Assembly: GCA_028534125.1 (NCBI GenBank)
Contig: CM052817.1
Span: 49,974,001-50,038,000, forward strand
Reading direction: 5' to 3'
Source: Lama glama
Lineage: Eukaryota
DNA length: 64,000 nt
Part shown: one piece after another, positions 41,128-54,673 of the stretch
Layout of the letters: each line of letters opens with the position of its first letter
How positions within the stretch are numbered: the stretch's first letter is position 1
The notes under the pieces: model-generated
What the model saw: the letters and a program-made list of their open reading frames with translations, nothing else
Database searches by the model: none
What the model was told of the DNA's origin: nothing
Program-made: the position numbers and the translations under genes

Positions 41128-44100
41128 GTGAGACAACTGGAGTCATACTCCGTGTGGTTTCACCTTCCAGTCAGCTGACCTAGACTTGTTCATGTGCTGG
41201 CAGAAGGATGCCAAGGAGCAAAACAGGGCAAAACCCACCGTGCAAGCACTGTATAATCCTCTGCTTTTGTCACATTTGCCAAAGCATGACCCAGTCCAAA
41301 TTCAAGGGGCAGAACAATAGACTCAACTTCTTTATGGAAAGAGCAGAAAAGTCACATTTCCAAGTGCATACAGCAAGCCTTGAACAAACTGATAGTAGTC
41401 CTGCAGCAATCTACCTCAGGGACAGAGTTGGAACTTGGGGTAAGGTTTCCCTGTCCAAGCCCTGCGGTCGTTCCACTTCATCCTACCTCCCAACAGAGAG
41501 CTGGCGATAATGTAATGTAATGAACCTGCTGATGCCTCCTGAACCAATTACAGATTACCGAAGAAAAGGACAATTTAAAAGGGCATAGGATTAAAGGATT
41601 GGACATAGATGGTCCCCAAAGAAGCAATTATAAAACTGGGCAAAGAGTTTCTTCCTCTTGTCTGAAATCCAGATGCCAGTATATACCTGACACCTCTCGG
41701 AGTCAAGTAGTTTAATAAGGCAAGAGAACAAACCTTAATTTCAACCCCATCAGAAGTCTTTTTTTCCCTTTTATTTTCATATGGAATGCATAGTGTTAAC
41801 AGCATTAAAATAGCCCTTTTCCTGGTCTCTCCGCTGCTTTCTTTCATCCCACTCTATTCCACACAGTACTCCTCGAGGGAATTATCTCCTCCACAGAGAG
41901 TAGGGCTGAGTAACGTGTGAGTTTAGAAGGCAGTATGCTCAGCTCAATCCCTTCCTGTCCTGTTCAGCCTACCAGGACAGAGTGGGCATTCTGCTCTGTT
42001 CCCTGCCATGTGGCAAAGGACCTCCAAGAGAGGCAGGCTGTGGCTCTTAAACTGAGTCAGTGATTCAAAGTACTACCTAAGTGACTCAATGCTACCTAAA
42101 TCTGAGATAAAGTATTAGCACAGTTTTGGCCTTAAATCTAAACCATATATTGATAGATTTTATTAATAGTAAAAGTAATGAATTGATCTTCATTTGTGTG
42201 ATTCCTGTGTCTTGATTTTCACCTGCTTTCAAACTACGGAGAGGAAAAATCCCAACAAATGGGTATAAAAATGTATAAGGCAGGGGACATGTGTGTAACT
42301 GCTAATAGAGTTTCTTTTTAGAATGATGGAAATGATCTAGAACCAGATAGTGGTGATGGCTGCACAACTTTACGAATATATTAAAAGCCACTGAATTGTA
42401 AGAATAAGTTCAATGTTAAGGGACCAAGAATAGGAGTAGGGAAACCAGCCTCCTGCTATTGCCTCATAGAGTTGCTGTTGAAGGTTGAATTGAATAGTCA
42501 TGTATGGAAAGTACATAGGACCAGGGACATAGCAAGGGTTCCATAAATGTTGACCAGTGGAGGGTGGGGAAAGCATGGCCTCATCACTCACATTATTGAC
42601 AGATGCTTCACATTTTTTATTATCCATATAATAGTACTCTTTCCGCATGGTGATTTGCATGTATATGTGACAATGGTGGCATCTAAAAATCTCTAAAGCA
42701 GATCTCTTTCAATGAGATTATGTACAAGAAGGAGAAGATATTTTGTAAACCAGAACAGTGAAATCCATTGTCATTTCTATATAAAATCACCCTTTCATTA
42801 TTGTCTTAAGATATTGAAAACTGCATTGAGAAATTTGGCTTGAAAAGTTGTTAACCTATACTGTTTGTTTACAGAACAAACAGGTGTTCTGGAAAAACCA
42901 TGAAAGTGTCTAGTCACTCTGAAAAATACATGAACTTTCTCAGAGTGACTTGAGATTAAATAATAAAATAATTCAAATTTATCTTCGAGCTTTTTAAAAA
43001 ACATGTCTCTCTCTTTCAGGCTTTCACATCCTGCTCTAGAGGTTAAGTCTCTCAAAGCAAGGAGGAAGTCAAGGCTACACTGTATTTTGGAACTAGGATG
43101 GAATGAGAGAGAGTGGGAAGGAGATTGGAATGTAGGCATATTGGTTAGAGAACTTAATCACAGGTTTTGTGGTTTTACTGAAGTATGGCATCCAAGATCA
43201 AGTCCAAACCTGAGAGTCTATGATTCTTGAAGGAAAAGAAAGCAAGAAAAAGCTCTACAGCTAAAGTCTACCACGCTGTTCTTCTTCTTAAATAGCCTCA
43301 CTAGTATTAACTTGCCATAAGACAGAAAAACTAAGATCACTAATAGCAGTCAAGGTTTATTGCATTCCCTCTGTGTGTACATGCAGACGTGCATCTGTAC
43401 TCTTGAGAAAAATTATAGAGGTGTTCAGTCATGAGAGAATTCTATGAATTGTGTAGAATTAATGAGGCAAAAAGGAGTTTTACGGTAAACAAATATATAG
43501 ATTCATAGAAAAGATTAAGGAGGGTTTATTAGATGGGGAAAGGTGCAAGAAGAAAGGCATTAAGTTGAGAAAAAGGCAGTGTGGAAGAATAGTAAGATTA
43601 AAAATATCAGTAGGCCCTGTGAACGCCAACCGCAGCCACAAACCTAACAATAGATCAAACTTACATTCAGTGTGCAGAGACCTGCCAGTCACAGTCTTGA
43701 TTTAGTTTCTGATAAGTGCTCCTGAAAACCAGTATAATCTGAGTCATCTATAAATATCAAACTCAATGATCAACATCTAGGTATATATTTATATCTACAG
43801 AGATACATAAATATTTTAAAAATTAACTTTGAAGGACACATTTTTGAATGAAATACATTTAACATAAAGTTTCTTACTTTTAAGCAGTCATTTGTGCTCA
43901 GTTGCTGAAGTAAGAAAAACACTGAAATGGGACTTTTGGATTTATCACTAGCTTTGTAATCATTAGATGATTTTGTATTTTGACTTTAAGGTCACAATCT
44001 CATTTTTCTTCAATTAAACAAGAATTTTTCAAAGTCTGCTGAGCTCACTGTTGAGCTCAATGTGATAAAGGATCTAGTGATTAGACATTCCTAACGTTTG

Positions 44101-45689
44101 GAAACCCACCATCAAAATGAAATTAGAACTTTAGTTTGAAAGGCAGCATTATGTCGAAGTCTTTGCAATAAAATCCAAGCTAGGCTCTTTAATGATGAGA
44201 AATCTTGAACATAAATTCTGTGAGCAACAACTCACTCATCTGTGAAGTGTATAAAATAATTTCTACCTGGAAGAGTTACTGTGAGATCAGAGTGACAGGA
44301 CATTAAGAGCCTCGCATGGTATCTTCCATACGTCAACACCTCAAGAAAATATACCCGTTTTTATGTAGTCCATTTGATCACTACAGCAACCCCTTCAGTA
44401 ACTCAAAAGTGTATCCATTTTACAAAACAGGAAACATATTAAAAGATTTGAAGGAATTGCCCAAGTTCTGCAGTAAGACTGATACTTCTGTCTCCTTGCC
44501 CCAGTAAAAAGCTCCCATTCTTTTTCTTGTGAGTAAAGTGCCTTTGCTTAAGGACAAATGTTGTATAGTGGTCTCCAAAGTGGAGCACATAAACCCCAGA
44601 GGCATACAAGGTGATCCCATTGGGGAAGAAACTTTAAGAATGTCTCATTATATTTCATTTATTTCATCTTTTTAATTCCTTTTTTGCATATAGTTAATAA
44701 TTTGCTTGGAGTATTAGTATAAAAATACACATATATAATTTCTAAATAAATTAATATTCTTGTATTAGAGGTCTGTGCTCAAAAATGTTTTCTTGAAAGG
44801 AGTGTCTTATTTTAAAAAATTGGAGATTACCAGCATAGAGAACTATGTTTGAGAGCACAATAGAAATAGCCCTGAAATGTTTCAAATAGAATTAGTGGCA
44901 ATTAGAAGACTAGTCAGAGAAATGTTCTTTTGGTGTTATTGTGATGACTGTATTCTGTGTCCAGACTAATAAGAGGACTTATTACACACAATGTTTTTAA
45001 TGTTAGCACATCACAGATTGAAGAAACTATGAGATGTTGCCCAAACTCTCTTCTTTTCAAATAGTTCCACAAAAAATGAGAATTTTCTCCATTTGGAAGA
45101 ACTGTGATGCCATTGGTATCCCAGTGTGGAATTTAATAGCTTTTATTATTGAATAAACCTTCCCAATCAATCTAGAATTCTAGTGTTGTGGTTTAAGTAA
45201 ATCTTTGCACATTATCTTTTCCATGAAGATTGTGTACTTTTAATGAGTTCTTGACCTGGAATCCATGGACCTTTTGGCTCTGCATGTAAAATGGTGTATG
45301 TTAGCTCATTTTCCTGGGGGCAAATCTCCTTAGTTCTTAAAAGTGCACAAAAACAGCTAAGAAATACCTCTCAACGTGTAATCTTCCTGTAGAACAGATT
45401 ATTCCTCAGTTTTATTTTTTCTAACTTAAATGTCCTGAATTCCTTCAGCAGAGAACTCACTGAACAATTCTGCAGAGCTTCCCAGCTTCTTCTAGCCCAT
45501 AAGCTGGAAAGGTGACCTTCTTTATACCATCGGCTTACCTCCATTTCAAAGATTCCCTGGCCCACTATTTTCCTTCACTTTTTCTCATCACTTCTACTTT
45601 CAAGCACTCTGCTCATCACTGTGGCTCTCCTTTGAGCTGTGTTACTTGTGGATTCAAAACTGATTTTTGTATGTTAATAAGAATGTGAT

Positions 45690-45940
45690 AGAAATAGAGG
45701 GATGGAGGAATAAATTAGGAGTTCAGAATTTGCAGATACTACCATATATAAAATAGATAAACAACAAGGTCCTACTGTATAGCACAGGGAACTATATTCA
45801 ATTTCTTGTAATAGGCTATAATGAAAAAGAATATGAAAAGGAATATATATGTATAACTAAATCACTATACTGTACACCAGAAATTAATACAACATTATAA
45901 ACTGATTTTATTATAATAAAAAAGTAATAAATAATAAAAT
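45690..45940 (+). mobile_element. L1 3' end with A-rich tail (relatively young)
   Basis: tataaaatagataaacaacaaggtcctactgtatagcacagggaactatattcaa...tgtacaccagaaattaatacaacatt. Confidence 0.85.
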
Positions 45941-47781
45941 GGAAGGAGAATGAATCTAATCTTTAGTGTGAACCGGGTGTTTTACATATATTATCACTTC
46001 AATCCTTGAAACCACCCTGTTAGTAGACATTACTGTTGTTCTCTTGTTCTTTTCCCTAACATATAAGTAAAAGATACTTTGCTATGAATTCAAGTGTAAA
46101 CACAAGTTAATTTAATGAGAAATATTTACACCTATTGTTTATTCCTTCCATTTCAAAGCATACTTTCTAAGAAAAGTTAGAGTAGCATTCAGGTGAGTCA
46201 TTACTCCTTACTAAGCCAAGCCTCATGAAGATAGGATCTTTGAGTTTTACTCATATTTTGCAGAACTGAGTGTGATGCTCGGTGCACAAGAGGCACATTA
46301 TAACACTCCTTAAATGAAGAAATTCATTAAACATCTACTGTATCCCAGGCATTATACATTGGAGGTAAGTCATATTCTTTTCATTTTACAGTTGAGGAAA
46401 TTGTGCCTCAAGAAGATTGAGTAACTTGTATAAGATCACAGTCTGTAAATGGCCAAGCCATCAGGTAAAGACATATTTTATTGACACTCTGAAATTTTGT
46501 TTTTTCTGCTAACCATACCAGTGGAATGCCTTTTTTAAACACTAAGAGGAGCCCAGTATCAGAAACAGTTATTGTAAATACTTTGGGAAAAAATTCAATG
46601 AATAATCAAATTTAAATTATAATTTAGAAATTTCTTTCTCCCTACTCCCCTTTCCTGGCAAAATGTAATAATGTAGCTAACCCATGGTAACAAGATTGAA
46701 CTCATTTTAAAAAGCACATAGGATCAATCAAAAAATACTCCAGTGTAACTGATAAATATTACTATGTTATATATTTTTATGTTTAACACACATAACAGTA
46801 CAAATTACCATGTCTTTACTCTCCAATAGTAAATGATCTGATTATATATGCAAGAAATATGAATATGTTATTATAGATATTTTTACATACATAATTTTTT
46901 CTAAGCATTAATTAATCCTCAGAAAATGTTTTTGTCATTATTAAACATTTCCTATGGCATTCCTCAAAACACTTAAATTTTTCTAGTTTCAATTAATATT
47001 AAAATTTTACAAAATTTGACCTAAGTTTATGATTTCTTTTTTCTTTAGTAACACTTTCATGTTTCTCCAATTAATTTCCAATTATCCACAGTTAGTATTT
47101 CAAAGCACTGATTTTTAACTAAGTATAAGTTTTCATTTTTACGTTTATAAAATACAAAATGCCTTGTGAGTTTCCTTAGTGAATATACTTATGTAGTTTA
47201 GTGTACATACTATGCATAGAGCAATCAAAGTATTATCTTTTAAAATCACTGTCTTGAACAGTCTTAGAACATATAACTATACATAATGTTAAACAGTATC
47301 AATTTTATCACTTCTATAATTTTTTTCAAGTTTATCATAAAAAATAATCTGATCATCATATGTAGACTTTAATCAACTGACAATAGTAGCAGAAGGTTTA
47401 ATTTCAATCATAGTATTTTATCTTAATGGTACATGTCATCATGGAAGCACAGTAGTAAACTGCAGAGAAAAATATATAGGAAAGATTTTATCTTCCAAGC
47501 TAAACTCTTGTGATATTTAAATAAATTCCTTTGAAATTTAGGATTTTTTACATTAGTGGCTTAACATTAGAACTTTATATTATTATACATAATACACACA
47601 TATATACACAAATGTGTTTAAGCCATACACTGTATTTAAATTATGAAAATTGAAACCCTGTTTCTGCCCTCAAGGAAGAGGGTTTAATCCCAGCAGAAAC
47701 AAGAAGGCCCTAGTCACATCATATCACTACGAAATAAATTTTATATTAAGACAGAAGCTTCTAGTTCAACATTGTCATCTA

Positions 47782-48070
<289 letters not shown>

Positions 48071-48365
48071 TGTGAGGTAAGAAAGAACAGGCATAGGTCA
48101 ACTCTGAGAGGGTTGTCTCTGAGAAAACTACATGTGTTTAGAATTACAATAGCAAAATAAACAGAAGATTAACATCATCAGAGGATAAAAGGAACAGATG
48201 TGGAGATTATGGACTTTCAAGGAAACATCAAGGTCACATTTGTTTTCTTCCACTTTTTTTTGTTTATTGCTGTTCATTTTTATCCTCAGAAGACATGATT
48301 TGAATTAACTCCATTTCATTAAAAATTACTTCATAGGATAATTTTGTTAATACTATTTCTAAGTA

Positions 48366-48681
48366 CAGTTGGCCCTCTGTATCCACAGATTCCACATCTG
48401 TGGATTCAACCAACTACAGATAGAAAATATTAGAAAAAAAATTCAGAAAGTTCCAAAGAGCAAAACTTGAATTTGCCATGCACTGGCAACTATTTTCATA
48501 GCATTTACATTGTATTAGGTATATAATAAGTAATCTAGAGGTGATTTAGAGTACATGGGACAATGTGACACAGGCTATATGCAAATACCATGCCATTTTA
48601 TATAAGGGACATGAGTATTCAAGGATTTGATATCTGCAGGGGTCCTGGAATTGATCCCCTGCTGATACTGAGGAACGACTA
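48366..48681 (-). mobile_element. MER2-like Tigger-derived element
   Basis: TA-flanked; cagttggccctctgtatcc...gatactgaggaacgacta; internal segments match the recalled MER2 consensus. Confidence 0.85.
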
Positions 48682-49210
48682 TATTTCAGAGTTGAGAAAA
48701 ATGGAGCTATTTATTTCATGCCCATTTTGGTGGCCCACTAAATGTAAGCCACAGTTATGAGAACGTAAGGTTTTTTTACTCTTTTGTCAGGATTTTGAGT
48801 TGGTGGACTACCAGTGGATATTTGGCAAAATATGTCTGGCAGAGAAAGCTGTAAATTTTCAAACTTTCATTTTGTTCTTGTATGCTTTCTGAGCAGTGAA
48901 TCACTGACACTGTGTTGCATAGATTGGGTCCCTACAGCTATCTAGTGAGATTTATAGAGCTACACTGGGGCATGTGTCCTTGAGAGACTGGATTTGGCCC
49001 AGTATTGTATAAAAAACGATGAGGGAAGGGAACATTGCAGGAATTCTGGTTTGTTTTGCAGGGGACCTGAGAGGTTCCACCATTTGCTATTTCACCTTCA
49101 ATATTTCAGAATTACTCTAGGTTTATAACCCAGGGGTGAAGTCTGAGCACCCCCCCACCCCCCGCCCTGTTAGGCTAGCCTATTCTCACAAATTAAAGCA
49201 AGCCAGGGAT

Positions 49211-49349
49211 TTCTTTTGGGTGGGTGGGGGTGTAGGGGGAGGTAATCAGGTTTATTTATTTAATTGTTTCTTAATGGAGGTACTGGGGATTGAACCCAGG
49301 ACCTTTTGCATGTTAGGCACATACTCTACTACTGAGCTATACCCTCTCC
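49211..49349 (-). mobile_element. tRNA-Ala-derived SINE (Vic-1-like), long form
   Basis: Reverse complement reads ggagagggtatagctcagtagtagag...ggtcctgggttcaatccccagtacctccatt...aaataaacctgattacctcccc. Confidence 0.85.
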
Positions 49350-49459
49350 TATGAAACTCCTTTCTTAATGGAGAGACCACATGGTTCCCCCAACAATAGG
49401 GGTTCCACTGGAGCTGCAACTGTAGATGTGAGGAGTCAAACTGTGTACAGAGTGAGGTA

Positions 49460-50500
49460 TGATGAAATAAAATTTATAATTTATGACAAGACAAGAAAAA
49501 TTTAAACATAAAATTCTTCTCTGTCCATTTGGGCCTCTTCCCTTGCCTTTAGTGTATATTGTACCTCTGCTTAACCAGACCTCCCTAGGAGATCCCCTTC
49601 CTTCTTAATCTTGGAAGGGGCATGATGGCTCACTACTCACTTTGAATGTGCAGATCTGAATTGTGTAAACTGTCAATGCATGCAAAGATGTATAACTCTT
49701 TGTCTCAAAAACTTATATAACTGTGCTTTGACCTCTAACACGCAGAACAGTCCTCAGAGCTTTCTGAAAGACTGTCTCCCAGATTATAATCCTCAGGTTG
49801 GCTCAAATAAATTTTTCTGTTTTTCTCTTAGATGGATTATTGATTAATTTTTTGTCCACATGCATGATGTATTTGGCAGGACATCAGAGATACCCAGCAG
49901 AGGACACCTGGAGTCTACCCTGAACCGTTGCTCAGTACAAGCACCAACCTGTTGAATCCCACTGGTTTCTTGGTGCCCTTCAGGTGTTCCAGTGAATTCT
50001 CTGGATATCCAGATCTCATTGCTTTCAAGTGATGATCCTAAAAATTTTATTTGAGCTGTTTTTATTTAAGACTTGGAGTCTGAAGGGGCACCAGTGCATT
50101 TCCACAGCAGGGACTTTGGGGGATCTGGGCAGGATGCCCAGGGAAACATGGGTGGCTTGGTTTTTGTTAAATTTAGCTTAAATTGAAAAAAAAAAGTTGA
50201 TATATGATCTGAACAAAACTTTTGCTGGTGAAATGAGGGACTGAATTATTCAGCTCCAAAGAACAGGGGACATTTGCTCCTTCTGGCCACAAGGTGTTCT
50301 AAGGTGACTGAGAACCTAGTGGAAGTGTCTGAGGCTTAATTAATCCTTGTGACATGTAGTGATCCTACAGGGAACCCCATTACAATCATTAAGTAAATTC
50401 TGCTCAGGTAGAACAATACAGACTGAATATCAGTAAACTAGAGAAGCGTGTTCAGGTACATTAACTAAATGAAAATAGTTTGAAACTGAAATTAGAGTTG
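49460..50500 (+). mobile_element. ERV1-class 5' LTR (~49460-49860) with degenerate PBS and truncated internal leader
   Basis: TG start, TATA-like cttatataac ~49712, AATAAA 49806-49811, ...gtccaCA end, then a tRNA-Ser-like PBS at 49865-49882. 3' limit of the internal sequence approximate. Confidence 0.65.
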
Positions 50501-52589
50501 AAGATTCAAAATTACTGCCTTGTCTTTATATTACATTGAGACCTACTTCCTGTGATCCCAGACTTCAAATGATAGACTATAAGGCCAAGTTAATTTTTTG
50601 GAGACAAAAACCATAACTAATTTTTAGTTTCAGTATTTTAAGAAAGTGACTTGAATGACAGAGGAAAACCTCCTGATTTGATAGAAGACCTAATCAACCT
50701 CCTTGGCAGCTGGTAGCTGATGTCACACAGCGGGAAGTGAAAGGAGGGATGAGAGCTGAGAAATGAAAAGAAGGGACATGGGAGACAGGACGCTGGGAAA
50801 CATCAGTGGTTGGAATAGGAGAAAAGTAGTTACTGGCTTTATAGCCAGAGAGTTTCATGGGAAAAAAAGAATGTCTCTAGAAAAATGTAAAGATAGGAAT
50901 CTTTTTGAGAAATAATGTATCTTGTTCATTATGTCTTTCTTATCTTTTAAAAAACTAAACCAAATTAAAGAAAAACCAGTTCAACAGCCTCTGTAAATTG
51001 CTTTGGTTTGACAATTTGCAAGGCAAATTAATCCTTAATATACCAATGTTCAAATTATGTCTCTCCTCCCCCCAAGTTTTAGGTGGTGAATAACACATTT
51101 GTAGGTAAGAAAATACCATAGAAAAAGTGTTTGGGCAGAGGGCAAGAAGCCAGTTTTGCTACTAACCAGCTCTGAGACCTTGAACAAGCCAGAGAACTTC
51201 TCTGAGATAACTGTTTCTTCACTTCCTGTCTGAAGAGCTGCAACTGGCTTTTAAGCACCCTCCTACTTTCCACCCTTTTTCTCTCTGATTCATTTAAAAT
51301 GCAATGTAATCAAGCCATTCCCTTGCTTCAAACACTTTAATGGATTCTAAGTGCTTTCAGATTCATTCCTTTTTTTTTTTAATTTGGCAGTAAATATTTA
51401 CAGACCACCAATTATGTGCTCAAACATGGCACACAGATCCTTCATAGAAGGGCCCTTTTAAATCGAAACTCCTTAAAAAATACTCTCTCACCTAGTAACT
51501 TTGGTTACTCTCAGTTGTCTCAATAATTTATGGTCTTTCCTATCTTCTCTTTCTTTCCAATCACTGTGCACCTTGCTTGGATGCCCTGCTTTCCTCTTGT
51601 TAATATGATAACTCCCTGCTTATCCTTGAAGACCTAGATTGAATATATTCTCATCCATGAAGATTTCCTGAAGCCTTCCCCATCCCCAAGGGGAACGTTT
51701 ATCTCTCTCACCCTGCATTCCAGTAGCATTTTGCACATTTTTATTGCAATATTTGTACCATTATATTTTAGTTACAGGTATAGCTTCTGTATCAACAGGA
51801 AATTGAGTTTTTCAAAAACAGGGATTATGTTGAAATCACAGTTGATAAGAAGTAGATTGCAGTAACTATTTATTAAGTGAATAGCTTCCAGCTGAAAAAT
51901 ATGATTCTAATTTGAAGAGTTAGCCTCCACTGAGACAGGAGATTTTTTCTGACAAGTGTGAACATTGTTTAACATATGATTCTTCTGTTGCCATGTAGAA
52001 CAATTATGCTACTATGAAACTTTTGAAAATACACCGAAGTCCAACTATTATAGTCATCATCAGTATCTGTGTCACAGGAATTTGCTATAAATCAAGATAT
52101 ATGGCAAATACAACTCAACAACTGTGAGTGGAGTATAATGGAGTAACTCAAATAAAACCAAAATTTTAATGCTCTGAGTCATCTATGTTATAATACAATT
52201 CAAGTGAATGAATGCACATCTTTACAATACCTAAGGCCTCTCTAAAATACTATCCAGTGATGGGAATTGATTCAATCAATAAATCTGGACCCAATCTCCC
52301 TCCGGTACTTCTAATTTTTGGTTTTTGTTTTACTTAATGTTTATTGATGATTTAGTACCATTGGCATCACAATTAATTGCAGTAAATTTTGAAGATAGGT
52401 GAGCTGATTACATTTACGTTTACAATCTGTAACTGAAAAACACAGCTTTAATTTTAATGATTATATGAAAACTTTGTGCCACAGTGAGTCATTATTACTC
52501 AGAAAATGTTTCTTCTAAGTCTTTTGGGAGAAAAAAAAAGACAAGGTAGCTCTGTCAGAGTGATTTAATTTGCTAACCATATTAATCGC

Positions 52590-53240
52590 AGATTGGTGCT
52601 TTCCATCTGTTCCAACCCTTTCTAGTGTGCCATTCTTTACTGCAGAGGCTGAAAAGCTGAAAATTACATTTCCCAGACCTCTATGCAGCTAGAGTGGTCA
52701 TGCATTTAATGCTGGGAAGGCAGAACAGATAGAATTCATTCTTTCACTGCCTTTAGTTTTTCTAGGGGCCAGCGTGGTTAGGCATCTGACTTTTTGATAG
52801 CAATGTTATCAGAAGTCTCAGTGTCTGATCACTAGTTTCATGGGTGTTGATAGTCAAGGCATGGAACATTGGTTTTCTGATAACAATTAGATATGGTATG
52901 GTATGGTGTGTTTCTGAAGCCAGGAGTGGTAAGGATGCTTCCTGCTCGTAGACGCTTCTTATTTGTGGTGGCTTCCTTGAAATGGCAGTTTTGTAATTAT
53001 GGTCATTTTCTGATTATGCAGTATCAGCATGGCTCTGGAGACTCTAGCATTGGCATCAGCTTCCCAGTTTCCAGATTGCTTCTTGACTGTACATGTAGCA
53101 GCTGGCTCTTGGTGGTTCAGTTCTGCCGTGTATCTTTGGGAATTATTTCTGAAAGCCCAAAATTTATTATTTCTCCATCCCTCCCAACAATTCTGCAAGT
53201 TGATACATTCTTAAATTAGCTATCATAAACTTATGTAACT
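52590..53240 (+). mobile_element. Ancient ERVL LTR (LTR33/LTR16-like)
   Basis: ctgcagaggctgaaaagctgaaaattacatttcccagacctctatgcagctagag motif; a similar element lies at ~10500-10890. Confidence 0.55.
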
Positions 53241-54572
53241 GACCTCAGATTAATGCAGTTCCTTAATGTCTATAGGAACAAGTGCAAAGTTATCCTAACA
53301 TTGGAGGTACTCCATCATTTAGTTCCATTTTGCAAACATGAACAGTTTTTCAATATCTGACAAATTTTCTTTATGTCAACAGCACATCATTTCTACCTTA
53401 TGTCTTTGTTTAGAGTTTACTACCTACCTATTTCATTTACCTCATAAATCTCTTACTGGTAGGGGTTGCCAGTAAGCTCTAGTTTTGGCATTTTATTGTT
53501 TACAAATTTTTGTAGGCACTTGAATTTACAAACATCTTACATATCATGTCCTATACACACTTAACTTAAATAATGTCTTATTTTTTATTATAAGTAGAAA
53601 AATTATATAAGTTTAAGCAAAAGAAAAGCATAAAGAAGGGAATGAAAATCACATATTAAAAAAAATCACATCTTACTCTACCATCCAACCATTAGCACTG
53701 TTTAGATGGGTATCATCACTTTTCTGGCACTTTTTCAGCACTTTTTCTCTACTTGTATATATTTATGTAAGCAGGTAAATAATGTACACACTGTTTGATA
53801 AACTGCATTTTTCAAATAATTTATCCATGTCAAAAATATGAATGTACATTATTTAAATTTTTGCCTAGTACCAGCAAAGTAATTTGTCTTTGCAAGGTTA
53901 AAATTATAATGCAGAATACATTATTAAAGTGTTGAAAGTTGAAGTGTGTTTTAAATGACAAAAGCTCCTTCTTATGAGGTAAGAATTACACTGAAGAGAA
54001 GTAAACTATTGGCTACAGAATGGAGACCTACAGGATAGAGATTTGTTGTGTTCTTGCTAAGAGAAACAGTGTATATATAATAAAATATAATTGCAACTAA
54101 GACTCAAACAGTTGACACAAAAGTAATTTGGGAAACATAAAGCTCAGTCAATCTGTAATACAGCACTTTGAAATTACGGACTCCATGCAGACCTTTAAGA
54201 TCCAGTGCATAATATTGTTTTTTGGTTTTGGGGGGTTTGTTTTGTTTTGTTTTGCTTTTGGTGAACGCTGCTGCCACCTACTGCGTGCATATTACAAGCA
54301 CACTTTATTAACTCGGCAATTACAGTCCTGTAGAGCCTTTATGTCTGAGGATAATTTTGTCAGAAAAGGCTACTAAAGTGAATGTACATAGATGGGAAAA
54401 GAATATGAAAGAGTAAGGACATTCTCTTCCAGAAAAAAGATAGCATTATACTATCTTAAAAAAATGTACAATTCCCTGCCATTCAATAATCAATACTTTA
54501 GTTTTCTACTGTTGCTTAATGCTCTGTATAGCTTCTTTGTTCTCAACCAGACTTGGATCAAAATTCACACAT

Positions 54573-54673
54573 GCGGTGAGTAGGGTATAGTTCAGTGATA
54601 GAGTGTGTGCTTAGCCTGCATGAGGTCCTGGGTTCAATCACCAGTACCTCCACTAAAAAAATTAGTAAAACTG
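54573..54673 (+). mobile_element. tRNA-Ala-derived SINE, short form
   Basis: tRNA-like head plus short A-rich tail; exact 12-bp TSD aaattcacacat (54561-54572 / 54674-54685). Confidence 0.85.

Noticed and set aside
51680..51696. EBF1-like palindrome tccccaagggga
   Set aside because: A single motif inside a decayed L2 fragment with no supporting context.
53640..53750. Short local duplications (aaaatcacat x2, gcacttttt x2; similar ones at ~8945, ~10965, ~34605)
   Set aside because: Ordinary slippage duplications in decayed repeat sequence, away from functional sites.
54580..54652. Possible functional tRNA-Ala gene (also at 28571, 49280, 56148)
   Set aside because: Stem and box mismatches, A-rich tails and target-site duplications show these are retroposed SINE copies.
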